Part shown: positions 40,601 to 55,600 of the stretch, one piece after another
Layout: every line of letters begins with the position of its first letter
How positions within the stretch are numbered: position 1 is the stretch's first letter
Source of the DNA: Eledone cirrhosa
Taxonomy: Eukaryota
Direction: 5' to 3'
Length of the DNA stretch: 64,000 nt
NCBI GenBank assembly: GCA_964016885.1
Contig: OZ024742.1
Span: 344,720,001 to 344,784,000 of the forward strand
Translations under genes and position numbers: made by a program
The notes under the pieces: model-generated
The model's database searches: none
Seen by the model: the letters and a program-made list of their open reading frames with translations, nothing else
Told to the model about the DNA's origin: nothing

Positions 40601-43600
40601 ATACTGTTAGTAGACTTCCAGGAAGATGGGATCCCTGGTATACTTGTTAATACTGTTACTAGACTTCCGGGAAGTTAGGGAACCCTGGTATACTTGTTAA
40701 TACTGTTAGTAGACTTCCAGGAAGTTAGGGAACCCTGGTATATTTGTTAATACTGTTAGTAGACTTCCAGGAAGTTGGGGAACCATGGTATACTTGTTAA
40801 TATTGTTAGTACACTTCCAGGAAGTTGGGGAACCCTGGTATACTTGTTAATACAGTTAGTAGACTTCCCCGAAGTTAGGGAGCCCTGGTATACTTGTTAA
40901 TATTGTTAGTAGACTTCCAGGAAGATAGGGAACACTGGTATACTTGTTAATACTGTTAGTAGATTTCCAGGAAGTTAGGGAACGCTGGTATACTTATTAA
41001 TATTGTTAGTAGACTTTCAGGAATCTTGGGAACCCTGGTATACTTGTTAATAGTGTTAGTAGACTTTCAGGAAGCTAGGGAACCCTGGTATACTTGTTAA
41101 TACTGTTAGTAGACTTTCAGGAATATAGGGAGCCCTGGTAAACTTGTTAATACTGTTAGTAGACTTTCAGGAAGGTAGGGAACCATGGTATACTTGTCAA
41201 TACCGTTAGCAGACTTCCGGGAAGTTAGGGAACCCTGGTATACTTGTTGATACTGTTAGTAGACTTCCAGGAAGTTAGGGAACCCTGGTATACTTGTTAA
41301 TACTGTTAGTAGATTTTCAGGAAGCTAGGCAACCCTGGTATACTTGTTAATACTGTTAGTACACTTCCAGGAAGTTAGGGAACCATGGTATACTTGTTAA
41401 TACTGTTAGTAGATTTCCATGAAGTTAGGAAACCATGGTTTTCTTGTTAATACTGTTAGTAGATTTCCAGGAAGTTAGGGAGCTATGGTATACTTGTTAA
41501 TACTGTTAGTAGACTTCCAGGAAGTTGGGGAACCCTGGTATACTTGTTAATACTGTTAGTAGACTTCCGGGAAGTTAGGGAGCCCTGGTATACTTGTTAA
41601 TATTGTTAGTAGACTTCCAGGAAGCTAGGGAACCCTGGTATACTTGTTAATACTGTTAGTAGACTTCCAGGAAGTTAGGGAACCCTGGTATACTTGTTAA
41701 TACTGTTAGTAGATTTCCAGGAAGTTAGGGAACCATGGTATACTTGTTAATATTGTTAGTAGACCTTCAGGAAGCTAGGGAACTCTGGTATACTTGTTAA
41801 TAGTGTTAATAGACTTTCAGGAAGCTAGGGAACCCTGGTATACTTGTTAATACTGTTAGTAGACTTTCAGGAAGTTAGGGAACCCTGGTATACTTGTTAA
41901 TATTGTTAGTATACTTCCAGGAAGGTAGGGAACCCTGGTATACTTGTTAATACTGTTAGTTGACTTCCAGGAAGTTAGGGAACCCTGGTATACTTGTTAA
42001 TACTGTTAGTAGACTTCCAGGAAGTTAGGGTACCATTGTATACTTGTCAATACCGTTCGCAGACTTCCGGGAAGTTAGGGAACCCTGGTATACTTGTTGA
42101 TACTGTTAATAGACTACCAGGAAGTTAGGGAACCATGGTATACTTGTTAATACAGTTAGTAGATTTCCAGGAAGTTAGGAAACCATGGTTTTGTTGTTAA
42201 TACTGTTAGTAGACTTCCAGGAAGGTAGGTAACCCTGGTATACTTGTTAATACTGTTAGTAGACTTCCAGGAAGTTAGGGACCCATGGTATACTTTTTAA
42301 TACTGTTAGTAGATTTCCATGAAGTTAGGGAACAATGGTATACTACTTAATACTGTTAGTAGACTTTCAGGAAGCTAGGGAACCCTGGTATACTTGTTAA
42401 TACTGTTAGTAGACTTCCAGGAAGTTAGGGAACCCTGGTACACTTGTTAATACTGTTAGTAGACTTCCAAGAAGCTAGGAAACCTTGGTATACTTGTTAA
42501 TAATGTTAGTAGACTTCCAGGAAGTTAGGAAACCCTGGTATACTTGTTAATACTGTTAGTAGACTTCCAGGAATCTAGGGAACCCTGGTATACTTGTTAA
42601 TACTGTTAGTAGATTTCCAGGAAGTTAGGGAACCATGGTATACTTGTTAATACTGTTAGTAGACTTTCAGGACGTTAGGGAAGCATGGTATACATGTTAA
42701 ACTGTTAGTAGACTTCCAGGAAGATAGGGATCCCTGGTATACTTGTTAATACTGTTAGTAGACTTTCAGGAAGTTAGGGAACCCTGGTATACTTGTTAAT
42801 ACTGTTAGTAGACTTCCAGGAAGTTGGGGAACCATGGTATACTTGTTAATACTGTTAGTAGACTTCCAGGAAGTTGGGGAACCCTGGTATACTTGTTAAT
42901 ACTGTTAGTAGCCTTCCGGGAAGTTAGGGAACCCTGGTATAATTGTTAATATTTTTAGTAGACTTCCAGGAAGCTAGGGAGCGCTGTTATACTTGTTAAT
43001 ACTGTTAGTAGACTTCCAGGAAGTTAGGGAACCCGGGTATACTTGTTAATACTGTTAGTAGATTTCTAGGAAGATAGGGAACCATGGTATACTTGTTAAT
43101 ATTGTTAGTAGACTTTCAGGAAGTTAGGGAACCCTGGTATACTTGTTAATACTGTTAGTAGACTTCCAGGAAGTTGGGGAACCATGGTATACTTGTTAAT
43201 ACTGTTAGTAGACTTCCAGGAAGTTGGGGAATCCTGGTATAATTGTTAATATTTTTAGTAGACTTCCAGGAAGCTAGGGAGCGCTGTTATACTTGTTAAT
43301 ACTGTTAGTAGACTTCCAGGAAGTTAGGGAACCCTGGTATACTTGTTAATACTGTTAGTAGATTTCTAGGAAGATAGTGAACCATGGTATACTTGTTAAT
43401 ATTGTTAGTAGACTTTCAGGAAGTTAGGGAACCATGGTATACTTGTTAATACTGTTAGTTGACTTCCAGGAAGTTAGGGAACCCTGGTATACTTGTTAAT
43501 ACTGTTAGTAGACTTTCAGGAAGTTAGGGTACCATTGTATACTTGTCAATACCGTTAGCAGACTTCCGGGAAGTTAGGGAACCCTGGTATACTTGTTGAT

Positions 43601-46600
43601 ACTGTTAATAGACTACCAGGAAGTTAGGGAACCATGGTATACTTGTTAATACAGTTAGTAGATTTCCAGGAAGTTAGGAAACCATGGTTTTCTTGTTAAT
43701 ACTGTTAGTAGACTTCCAGGAAGTTAGGGAACCATGGTATACTTGTTAATACTGTTAGTAGATTTCCAGGAAGTTAGGAAACCATGGTTTTCTTGTTAAT
43801 ACTGTTAGTAGATTTCCAGGAAGTTAGGGAACTATGGTATACTTGTTAATACTGTTAGTAGACTTCGAGGAAGTTAGGAAACCCTGGTATACTTGTTAAT
43901 ACTGTTAGTAGATTTCCAGGAAGTTACGGAACCCTGGTATACTTGTTAATACTGTTAGTAGATTTCCAGGAAGTTAGGGAACACTGGTATACTTGTTAAT
44001 TCTGTTAGTAGACTTTCAGGAAGGTAGGGAACCATGGTATACTTGTTAATACTGTTAGTAGACTTTCAGGAAGCTAGGGAACCCTGGTATACTTGTTAAT
44101 ACTGTTAGTAGTCTTCCAGGAAGGTAGGTAACCCTGGTATACTTGTTAATACTGTTAGTAGACTTCCAGGAAGTTAGGGACCCATGGTATACTTTTTAAT
44201 ACTGTTAGTAGATTTCCATGAAGTTAGGGAACCATGGTATACTAGTTAATCCTGTTAGTAGACTTTCAGGAAGCTAGGGAACCCTGGTATACATGTTAAT
44301 ACTGTTAGAAGACTTCCAGGAAGTTAGGGAACCCTGGTATACTTGTTAATACTGTTAGTAGACTTCCAAGAAGCTAGGAAACATTGGTATACTTGTTAAT
44401 AATGTCAGTAGACTTCCAGGAAGTTAGGGAACCCTGGTATACATGTTAATACTGTTATTAGACTTCCAGGAAGTTAGGGAACCCTGGTATACTTGTTAAT
44501 ACTGTTAGTAGACTTCCAGGAATCTAGGGAACCCTGGTATACTTGTTAATACTGTTAGTAGACTTCCTGGAAGTTAGGCAACCCTGGTATACTTGTTAAT
44601 ATTGTTAGTAGACTTCCAGGAAGGTAGGGAACCCTGGTATACTTGTTAATACTGTTAGAAGACTTCCATGAAGTTAGGGAACCCTGGTATACCTGTTAAT
44701 ACTGTTAGTAGATTTCTAGAAAGTTAGGGAACCTTGGTATACTTGTTAATAGTGTTAGTAGACTTTCAGGAAGCTAGGGAACCCTGGTATACTTGTTAAT
44801 ACTGTTAGTAGACTTCCAGGAAGCTGGGGAACCCTGGTATACTTGTTAGTACTGTCAGTAGACTTACAGGAAGGTAGGGAACCCTGGTATACTTGTTAAT
44901 ACTGTTAGTAGACTTCCAGGAAGGTAGGAAACCATGATATACTTGTTAATACTGTTAGTAGACTTTCAGGAAGTTAGGGAACCCTGGTATACTTGTTAAT
45001 ACTGTTAGTAGACTTCCAGGAAGATGGGATCCCTGGTATACTTGTTAATACTGTTACTAGACTTCCGGGAAGTTAGGGAACCCTGGTATACTTGTTAATA
45101 CTGTTAGTAGACTTCCAGGAAGTTAGGGAACCCTGGTATATTTGTTAATACTGTTAGTAGACTTCCAGGAAGTTGGGGAACCATGGTATACTTGTTAATA
45201 TTGTTAGTACACTTCCAGGAAGTTGGGGAACCCTGGTATACTTGTTAATACAGTTAGTAGACTTCCCCGAAGTTAGGGAGCCCTGGTATACTTGTTAATA
45301 TTGTTAGTAGACTTCCAGGAAGCTAGGGAACACTGGTATACTTGTTAATACTGTTAGTAGATTTCCAGGAAGTTAGGGAAGGCTGGTATACTTATTAATA
45401 TTGTTAGTAGACTTTCAGGAATCTTGGGAACCCTGGTATACTTGTTAATAGTGTTAGTAGACTTTCAGGAAGCTAGGGAACCCTGGTATACTTGTTAATA
45501 CTGTTAGTAGACTTTCAGGAATATAGGGAGCCCTGGTAAACTTGTTAATACTGTTAGTAGACTTTCAGGAAGGTAGGGAACCATGGTATACTTGTCAATA
45601 CCGTTAGCAGACTTCCGGGAAGTTAGGGAACCCTGGTATACTTGTTGATACTGTTAGTAGACTTCCAGGAAGTTAGGGAACCCTGGTATACTTGTTAATA
45701 CTGTTAGTAGATTTTCAGGAAGCTAGGCAACCCTGGTATACTTGTTAATACTGTTAGTACACTTCCAGGAAGTTAGGGAACCATGGTATACTTGTTAATA
45801 CTGTTAGTAGATTTCCATGAAGTTAGGAAACCATGGTTTTCTTGTTAATACTGTTAGTAGATTTCCAGGAAGTTAGGGAGCTATGGTATACTTGTTAATA
45901 CTGTTAGTAGACTTCCAGGAAGTTGGGGAACCCTGGTATACTTGTTAATACTGTTAGTAGACTTCCGGGAAGTTAGGGAGCCCTGGTATACTTGTTAATA
46001 TTGTTAGTAGACTTCCAGGAAGCTAGGGAACCCTGGTATACTTGTTAATACTGTTAGTAGACTTCCAGGAAGTTAGGGAACCCTGGTATACTTGTTAATA
46101 CTGTTAGTAGATTTCCAGGAAGTTAGGGAACCATGGTATACTTGTTAATATTGTTAGTAGACCTTCAGGAAGCTAGGGAACTCTGGTATACTTGTTAATA
46201 GTGTTAATAGACTTTCAGGAAGCTAGGGAACCCTGGTATACTTGTTAATACTGTTAGTAGACTTTCAGGAAGTTAGGGAACCCTGGTATACTTGTTAATA
46301 TTGTTAGTATACTTCCAGGAAGGTAGGGAACCCTGGTATACTTGTTAATACTGTTAGTTGACTTCCAGGAAGTTAGGGAACCCTGGTATACTTGTTAATA
46401 CTGTTAGTAGACTTCCAGGAAGTTAGGGTACCATTGTATACTTGTCAATACCGTTCGCAGACTTCCGGGAAGTTAGGGAACCCTGGTATACTTGTTGATA
46501 CTGTTAATAGACTACCAGGAAGTTAGGGAACCATGGTATACTTGTTAATACAGTTAGTAGATTTCCAGGAAGTTAGGAAACCATGGTTTTGTTGTTAATA

Positions 46601-49600
46601 CTGTTAGTAGACTTCCAGGAAGGTAGGTAACCCTGGTATACTTGTTAATACTGTTAGTAGACTTCCAGGAAGTTAGGGACCCATGGTATACTTTTTAATA
46701 CTGTTAGTAGATTTCCATGAAGTTAGGGAACAATGGTATACTACTTAATACTGTTAGTAGACTTTCAGGAAGCTAGGGAACCCTGGTATACTTGTTAATA
46801 CTGTTAGTAGACTTCCAGGAAGTTAGGGAACCCTGGTATACTTGTTAATACTGTTAGTAGACTTCCAAGAAGCTAGGAAACCTTGGTATACTTGTTAATA
46901 ATGTTAGTAGACTTCCAGGAAGTTAGGAAACCCTGGTATACTTGTTAATACTGTTAGTAGACTTCCAGGAATCTAGGGAACCCTGGTATACTTGTTAATA
47001 CTGTTAGTAGATTTCCAGGAAGTTAGGGAACCATGGTATACTTGTTAATACTGTTAGTAGACTTTCAGGACGCTAGGGAAGCATGGTATACATGTTAAAC
47101 TGTTAGTAGACTTCCAGGAAGATAGGGATCCCTGGTATACTTGTTAATACTGTTAGTAGACTTTCAGGAAGTTAGGGAACCCTGGTATACTTGTTAATAC
47201 TGTTAGTAGACTTCCAGGAAGTTGGGGAACCATGGTATACTTGTTAATACTGTTAGTAGACTTCCAGGAAGTTGGGGAACCCTGGTATACTTGTTAATAC
47301 TGTTAGTAGCCTTCCGGGAAGTTAGGGAACCCTGGTATAATTGTTAATATTTTTAGTAGACTTCCAGGAAGCTAGGGAGCGCTGTTATACTTGTTAATAC
47401 TGTTAGTAGACTTCCAGGAAGTTAGGGAACCCGGGTATACTTGTTAATACTGTTAGTAGATTTCTAGGAAGATAAAGAACCATGGTATACTTGTTAATAT
47501 TGTTAGTAGACTTTCAGGAAGTTAGGGAACCCTGGTATACTTGTTAATACTGTTAGTAGACTTCCAGGAAGTTGGGGAACCATGGTATACTTGTTAATAC
47601 TGTTAGTAGACTTCCAGGAAGTTGGGGAATCCTGGTATAATTGTTAATATTTTTAGTAGACTTCCAGGAAGCTAGGGAGCGCTGTTATACTTGTTAATAC
47701 TGTTAGTAGACTTCCAGGAAGTTAGGGAACCCTGGTATACTTGTTAATACTGTTAGTAGATTTCTAGGAAGATAGTGAACCATGGTATACTTGTTAATAT
47801 TGTTAGTAGACTTTCAGGAAGTTAGGGAACCATGGTATACTTGTTAATACTGTTAGTTGACTTCCAGAAAGTTAGGGAACCCTGGTATACTTGTTAATAC
47901 TGTTAGTAGACTTTCAGGAAGTTAGGGTACCATTGTATACTTGTCAATACCGTTAGCAGACTTCCGGGAAGTTAGGGAACCCTGGTATACTTGTTGATAC
48001 TGTTAATAGACTACCAGGAAGTTAGGGAACCATGGTATACTTGTTAATACAGTTAGTAGATTTCCAGGAAGTTAGGAAACCATGGTTTTCTTGTTAATAC
48101 TGTTAGTAGACTTCCAGGAAGTTAGGGAACCATGGTATACTTGTTAATACTGTTAGTAGATTTCCAGGAAGTTAGGAAACCATGGTTTTCTTGTTAATAC
48201 TGTTAGTAGATTTCCAGGAAGTTAGGGAACTATGGTATACTTGTTAATACTGTTAGTAGACTTCGAGGAAGTTAGGAAACCCTGGTATACTTGTTAATAC
48301 TGTTAGTAGATTTCCAGGAAGTTACGGAACCCTGGTATACTTGTTAATACTGTTAGTAGATTTCCAGGAAGTTAGGGAACACTGGTATACTTGTTAATTC
48401 TGTTAGTAGACTTTCAGGAAGGTAGGGAACCATGGTATACTTGTTAATACTGTTAGTAGACTTTCAGGAAGCTAGGGAACCCTGGTATACTTGTTAATAC
48501 TGTTAGTAGTCTTCCAGGAAGGTAGGTAACCCTGGTATACTTGTTAATACTGTTAGTAGACTTCCAGGAAGTTAGGGACCCATGGTATACTTTTTAATAC
48601 TGTTAGTAGATTTCCATGAAGTTAGGGAACCATGGTATACTAGTTAATCCTGTTAGTAGACTTTCAGGAAGCTAGGGAACCCTGGTATACATGTTAATAC
48701 TGTTAGAAGACTTCCAGGAAGTTAGGGAACCCTGGTATACTTGTTAATACTGTTAGTAGACTTCCAAGAAGCTAGGAAACATTGGTATACTTGTTAATAA
48801 TGTCAGTAGACTTCCAGGAAGTTAGGGAACCCTGGTATACATGTTAATACTGTTATTAGACTTCCAGGAAGTTAGGGAACCCTGGTATACTTGTTAATAC
48901 TGTTAGTAGACTTCCAGGAATCTAGGGAACCCTGGTATACTTGTTAATACTGTTAGTAGACTTCCTGGAAGTTAGGCAACCCTGGTATACTTGTTAATAT
49001 TGTTAGTAGACTTCCAGGAAGGTAGGGAACCCTGGTATACTTGTTAATACTGTTAGAAGACTTCCATGAAGTTAGGGAACCCTGGTATACTTGTTAATAC
49101 TGTTAGTAGATTTCTAGAAAGTTAGGGAACCTTGGTATACTTGTTAATAGTGTTAGTAGACTTTCAGGAAGCTAGGGAACCCTGGTATACTTGTTAATAC
49201 TGTTAGTAGACTTCCAGGAAGCTGGGGAACCCTGGTATACTTGTTAGTACTGTCAGTAGACTTACAGGAAGGTAGGGTACCCTGGTATACTTGTTAATAC
49301 TGTTAGTAGACTTCCAGGAAGGTAGGAAACCATGATATACTTGTTAATACTGTTAGTAGACTTTCAGGAAGTTAGGGAACCCTGGTATACTTGTTAATAC
49401 TGTTAGTAGACTTCCAGGAAGATGGGATCCCTGGTATACTTGTTAATACTGTTACTAGACTTCCGGGAAGTTAGGGAACCCTGGTATACTTGTTAATACT
49501 GTTAGTAGACTTCCAGGAAGTTAGGGAACCCTGGTATATTTGTTAATACTGTTAGTAGACTTCCAGGAAGTTGGGGAACCATGGTATACTTGTTAATATT

Positions 49601-52600
49601 GTTAGTACACTTCCAGGAAGTTGGGGAACCCTGGTATACTTGTTAATACAGTTAGTAGACTTCCCCGAAGTTAGGGAGCCCTGGTATACTTGTTAATATT
49701 GTTAGTAGACTTCCAGGAAGCTAGGGAACACTGGTATACTTGTTAATACTGTTAGTAGATTTCCAGGAAGTTAGGGAACGCTGGTATACTTATTAATATT
49801 GTTAGTAGACTTTCAGGAATCTTGGGAACCCTGGTATACTTGTTAATAGTGTTAGTAGACTTTCAGGAAGCTAGGGAACCCTGGTATACTTGTTAATACT
49901 GTTAGTAGACTTTCAGGAATATAGGGAGCCCTGGTAAACTTGTTAATACTGTTAGTAGACTTTCAGGAAGGTAGGGAACCATGGTATACTTGTCAATACC
50001 GTTAGCAGACTTCCGGGAAGTTAGGGAACCCTGGTATACTTGTTGATACTGTTAGTAGACTTCCAGGAAGTTAGGGAACCCTGGTATACTTGTTAATACT
50101 GTTAGTAGATTTTCAGGAAGCTAGGCAACCCTGGTATACTTGTTAATACTGTTAGTACACTTCCAGGAAGTTAGGGAACCATGGTATACTTGTTAATACT
50201 GTTAGTAGATTTCCATGAAGTTAGGAAACCATGGTTTTCTTGTTAATACTGTTAGTAGATTTCCAGGAAGTTAGGGAGCTATGGTATACTTGTTAATACT
50301 GTTAGTAGACTTCCAGGAAGTTGGGGAAACCTGGTATACTTGTTAATACTGTTAGTAGACTTCCGGGAAGTTAGGGAGCCCTGGTATACTTGTTAATATT
50401 GTTAGTAGACTTCCAGGAAGCTAGGGAACCCTGGTATACTTGTTAATACTGTTAGTAGACTTCCAGGAAGTTAGGGAACCCTGGTATACTTGTTAATACT
50501 GTTAGTAGATTTCCAGGAAGTTAGGGAACCATGGTATACTTGTTAATATTTTTAGTAGACCTTCAGGAAGCTAGGGAACTCTGGTATACTTGTTAATAGT
50601 GTTAATAGACTTTCAGGAAGCTAGGGAACCCTGGTATACTTGTTAATACTGTTAGTAGACTTTCAGGAAGTTAGGGAACCCTGGTATACTTGTTAATATT
50701 GTTAGTATACTTCCAGGAAGGTAGGGAACCCTGGTATACTTGTTAATACTGTTAGTTGACTTCCAGGAAGTTAGGGAACTCTGGTATACTTGTTAATACT
50801 GTTAGTAGACTTCCAGGAAGTTAGGGTACCATTGTATACTTGTCAATACCGTTCGCAGACTTCCGGGAAGTTAGGGAACACTGGTATACTTGTTGATACT
50901 GTTAATAGACTACCAGGAAGTTAGGGAACCATGGTATACTTGTTAATACAGTTAGAAGATTTCCAGGAAGTTAGGAAACCATGGTTTTGTTGTTAATACT
51001 GTTAGTAGACTTCCAGGAAGGTAGGTAACCCTGGTATACTTGTTAATACTGTTAGTAGACTTCCAGGAAGTTAGGGACCCATGGTATACTTTTTAATACT
51101 GTTAGTAGATTTCCATGAAGTTAGGGAACAATGGTATACTACTTAATACTGTTAGTAGACTTTTAGGAAGCTAGGGAACCCTGGTATACTTGTTAATACT
51201 GTTAGTAGACTTCCAGGAAGTTAGGGAACCCTGGTATACTTGTTAATACTGTTAGTAGACTTCCAAGAAGCTAGGAAACCTTGGTATACTTGTTAATAAT
51301 GTTAGTAGACTTCCAGGAAGTTAGGAAACCCTGGTATACTTGTTAATACTGTTAGTAGACTTCCAGGAATCTAGGGAACCCTGGTATACTTGTTAATACT
51401 GTTAGTAGATTTCCAGGAAGTTAGGGAACCATGGTATACTTGTTAATACTGTTAGTAGACTTTCAGGACGCTAGGGAAGCATGGTATACATGTTAAACTG
51501 TTAGTAGACTTCCAGGAAGATAGGGATCCCTGGTATACTTGTTAATACTGTTAGTAGACTTTCAGGAAGTTAGGGAACCCTGGTATACTTGTTAATACTG
51601 TTAGTAGACTTCCAGGAAGTTGGGGAACCATGGTATACTTGTTAATACTGTTAGTAGACTTCCAGGAAGTTGGGGAACCCTGGTATACTTGTTAATACTG
51701 TTAGTAGCCTTCCGGGAAGTTAGGGAACCCTGGTATAATTGTTAATATTTTTAGTAGACTTCCAGGAAGCTAGGGAGCGCTGTTATACTTGTTAATAATG
51801 TTAGTAGACTTCCAGGAAGTTAGGGAACCCGGGTATACTTGTTAATACTGTTAGTAGATTTCTAGGAAGATAGGGAACCATGGTATACTTGTTAATACTG
51901 TTAGTAGACTTTCAGGAAGTTAGGGAACCCTGGTATACTTGTTAATACTGTTAGTAGACTTCCAGGAAGTTGGGGAACCATGGTATACTTGTTAATACTG
52001 TTAGTAGACTTCCAGGAAGTTGGGGAATCCTGGTATAATTGTTAATATTTTTAGTAGACTTCCAGGAAGCTAGGGAGCGCTGTTATACTTGTTAATACTG
52101 TTAGTAGACTTCCAGGAAGTTAGGGAACCCTGGTATACTTGTTAATACTGTTAGTAGATTTCTAGGAAGATAGTGAACCATGGTATACTTGTTAATATTG
52201 TTAGTAGACTTTCAGGAAGTTAGGGAACCATGGTATACTTGTTAATACTGTTAGTTGACTTCCAGGAAGTTAGGGAACCCTGGTATACTTGTTAATACTG
52301 TTAGTAGACTTTCGGGAAGTTAGGGTACCATTGTATACTTGTCAATACCGTTAGCAGACTTCCGGGAAGTTAGGGAACTCTGGTATACTTGTTGATACTG
52401 TTAATAGACTACCAGGAAGTTAGGGAACCATGGTATACTTGTTAATACAGTTAGTAGATTTCCAGGAAGTTAGGAAACCATGGTTTTCTTGTTAATACTG
52501 TTAGTAGACTTCCAGGAAGTTAGGGAACCATGGTATACTTGTTAATACTGTTAGTAGATTTCCAGGAAGTTAGGAAACCATGGTTTTCTTGTTAATACTG

Positions 52601-55600
52601 TTAGTAGATTTCCAGGAAGTTAGGGAACTATGGTATACTTGTTAATACTGTTAGTAGACTTCGAGGAATTTAGGAAACCCTGGTATACTTGTTAATACTG
52701 TTAGTAGATTTCCAGGAAGTTACGGAACCCTGGTATACTTGTTAATACTGTTAGTAGATTTCCAGGAAGTTAGGGAACACTGGTATACTTGTTAATTCTG
52801 TTAGTAGACTTTCAGGAAGGTAGGGAACCATGGTATACTTGTTAATACTGTTAGTAGACTTTCAGGAAGCTAGGGAACCCTGGTATACTTGTTAATACTG
52901 TTAGTAGTCTTCCAGGAAGGTAGGTAACCCTGGTATACTTGTTAATACTGTTAGTAGACTTCCAGGAAGTTAGGGACCCATGGTATACTTTTTAATACTG
53001 TTAGTAGATTTCCATGAAGTTAGGGAACCATGGTATACTAGTTAATCCTGTTAGTAGACTTTCAGGAAGCTAGGGAACCCTGGTATACATGTTAATACTG
53101 TTAGAAGACTTCCAGGAAGTTAGGGAACCCTGGTATACTTGTTAATACTGTTAGTAGACTTCCAAGAAGCTAGGAAACATTGGTATACTTGTTAATAATG
53201 TCAGTAGACTTCCAGGAAGTTAGGGAACCCTGGTATACATGTTAATACTGTTATTAGACTTCCAGGAAGTTAGGGAACCCTGGTATACTTGTTAATACTG
53301 TTAGTAGACTTCCAGGAATCTAGGGAACCCTGGTATACTTGTTAATACTGTTAGTAGACTTCCTGGAAGTTAGGCAACCCTGGTATACTTGTTAATATTG
53401 TTAGTAGACTTCCAGGAAGGTAGGGAACCCTGGTATACTTGTTAATACTGTTAGAAGACTTCCATGAAGTTAGGGAACCCTGGTATACTTGTTAATACTG
53501 TTAGTAGATTTCTAGAAAGTTAGGGAACCTTGGTATACTTGTTAATAGTGTTAGTAGACTTTCAGGAAGCTAGGGAACCCTGGTATACTTGTTAATACTG
53601 TTAGTAGACTTCCAGGAAGCTGGGGAACCCTGGTATACTTGTTAGTACTGTCAGTAGACTTACAGGAAGGTAGGAAACCATGATATACTTGTTAATACTG
53701 TTAGTAGACTTTCAGGAAGTTAGGGAACCCTGGTATACTTGTTAATACTGTTAGTAGACTTCCAGGAAGATGGGATCCCTGGTATACTTGTTAATACTGT
53801 TACTAGACTTCCGGGAAGTTAGGGAACCCTGGTATACTTGTTAATACTGTTAGTAGACTTCCAGGAAGTTAGGGAACCCTGGTATATTTGTTAATACTGT
53901 TAGTAGACTTCCAGGAAGTTGGGGAACCATGGTATACTTGTTAATATTGTTAGTACACTTCCAGGAAGTTGGGGAACCCTGGTATACTTGTTAATACAGT
54001 TAGTAGACTTCCCCGAAGTTAGGGAGCCCTGGTATACTTGTTAATATTGTTAGTAGACTTCCAGGAAGCTAGGGAACACTGGTATACTTGTTAATACTGT
54101 TAGTAGATTTCCAGGAAGTTAGGGAACGCTGGTATACTTATTAATATTGTTAGTAGACTTTCAGGAATCTTGGGAACCCTGGTATACTTGTTAATAGTGT
54201 TAGTAGACTTTCAGGAAGCTAGGGAACCCTGGTATACTTGTTAATACTGTTAGTAGACTTTCAGGAATATAGGGAGCCCTGGTAAACTTGTTAATACTGT
54301 TAGTAGACTTTCAGGAAGGTAGGGAACCATGGTATACTTGTCAATACCGTTAGCAGACTTCCGGGAAGTTAGGGAACCCTGGTATACTTGTTGATACTGT
54401 TAGTAGACTTCCAGGAAGTTAGGGAACCCTGGTATACTTGTTAATACTGTTAGTAGATTTTCAGGAAGCTAGGCAACCCTGGTATACTTGTTAATACTGT
54501 TAGTACACTTCCAGGAAGTTAGGGAACCATGGTATACTTGTTAATACTGTTAGTAGATTTCCATGAAGTTAGGAAACCATGGTTTTCTTGTTAATACTGT
54601 TAGTAGATTTCCAGGAAGTTAGGGAGCTATGGTATACTTGTTAATACTGTTAGTACACTTCCAGGAAGTTGGGGAACCCTGGTATACTTGTTAATACTGT
54701 TAGTAGACTTCCGGGAAGTTAGGGAGCCCTGGTATACTTGTTAATATTGTTAGTAGACTTCCAGGAAGCTAGGGAACCCTGGTATACTTGTTAATACTGT
54801 TAGTAGACTTCCAGGAAGTTAGGGAACCCTGGTATACTTGTTAATACTGTTAGTAGATTTCCAGGAAGTTAGGGAACCATGGTATACTTGTTAATATTGT
54901 TAGTAGACCTTCAGGAAGCTAGGGAACTCTGGTATACTTGTTAATAGTGTTAATAGACTTTCAGGAAGCTAGGGAACCCTGGTATACTTGTTAATACTGT
55001 TAGTAGACTTTCAGGAAGTTAGGGAACCCTGGTATACTTGTTAATATTGTTAGTATACTTCCAGGAAGGTAGGGAACCCTGGTATACTTGTTAATACTGT
55101 TAGTTGACTTCCAGGAAGTTAGGGAACCCTGGTATACTTGTTAATACTGTTAGTAGACTTCCAGGAAGTTAGGGTACCATTGTATACTTGTCAATACCGT
55201 TCGCAGACTTCCGGGAAGTTAGGGAACCCTGGTATACTTGTTGATACTGTTAATAGACTACCAGGAAGTTAGGGAACCATGGTATACTTGTTAATACAGT
55301 TAGTAGATTTCCAGGAAGTTAGGAAACCATGGTTTTGTTGTTAATACTGTTAGTAGACTTCCAGGAAGGTAGGTAACCCTGGTATACTTGTTAATACTGT
55401 TAGTAGACTTCCAGGAAGTTAGGGACCCATGGTATACTTTTTAATACTGTTAGTAGATTTCCATGAAGTTAGGGAACAATGGTATACTACTTAATACTGT
55501 TAGTAGACTTTCAGGAAGCTAGGGAACCCTGGTATACTTGTTAATACTGTTAGTAGACTTCCATGAAGTTAGGGAACCCTGGTATACTTGTTAATACTGT

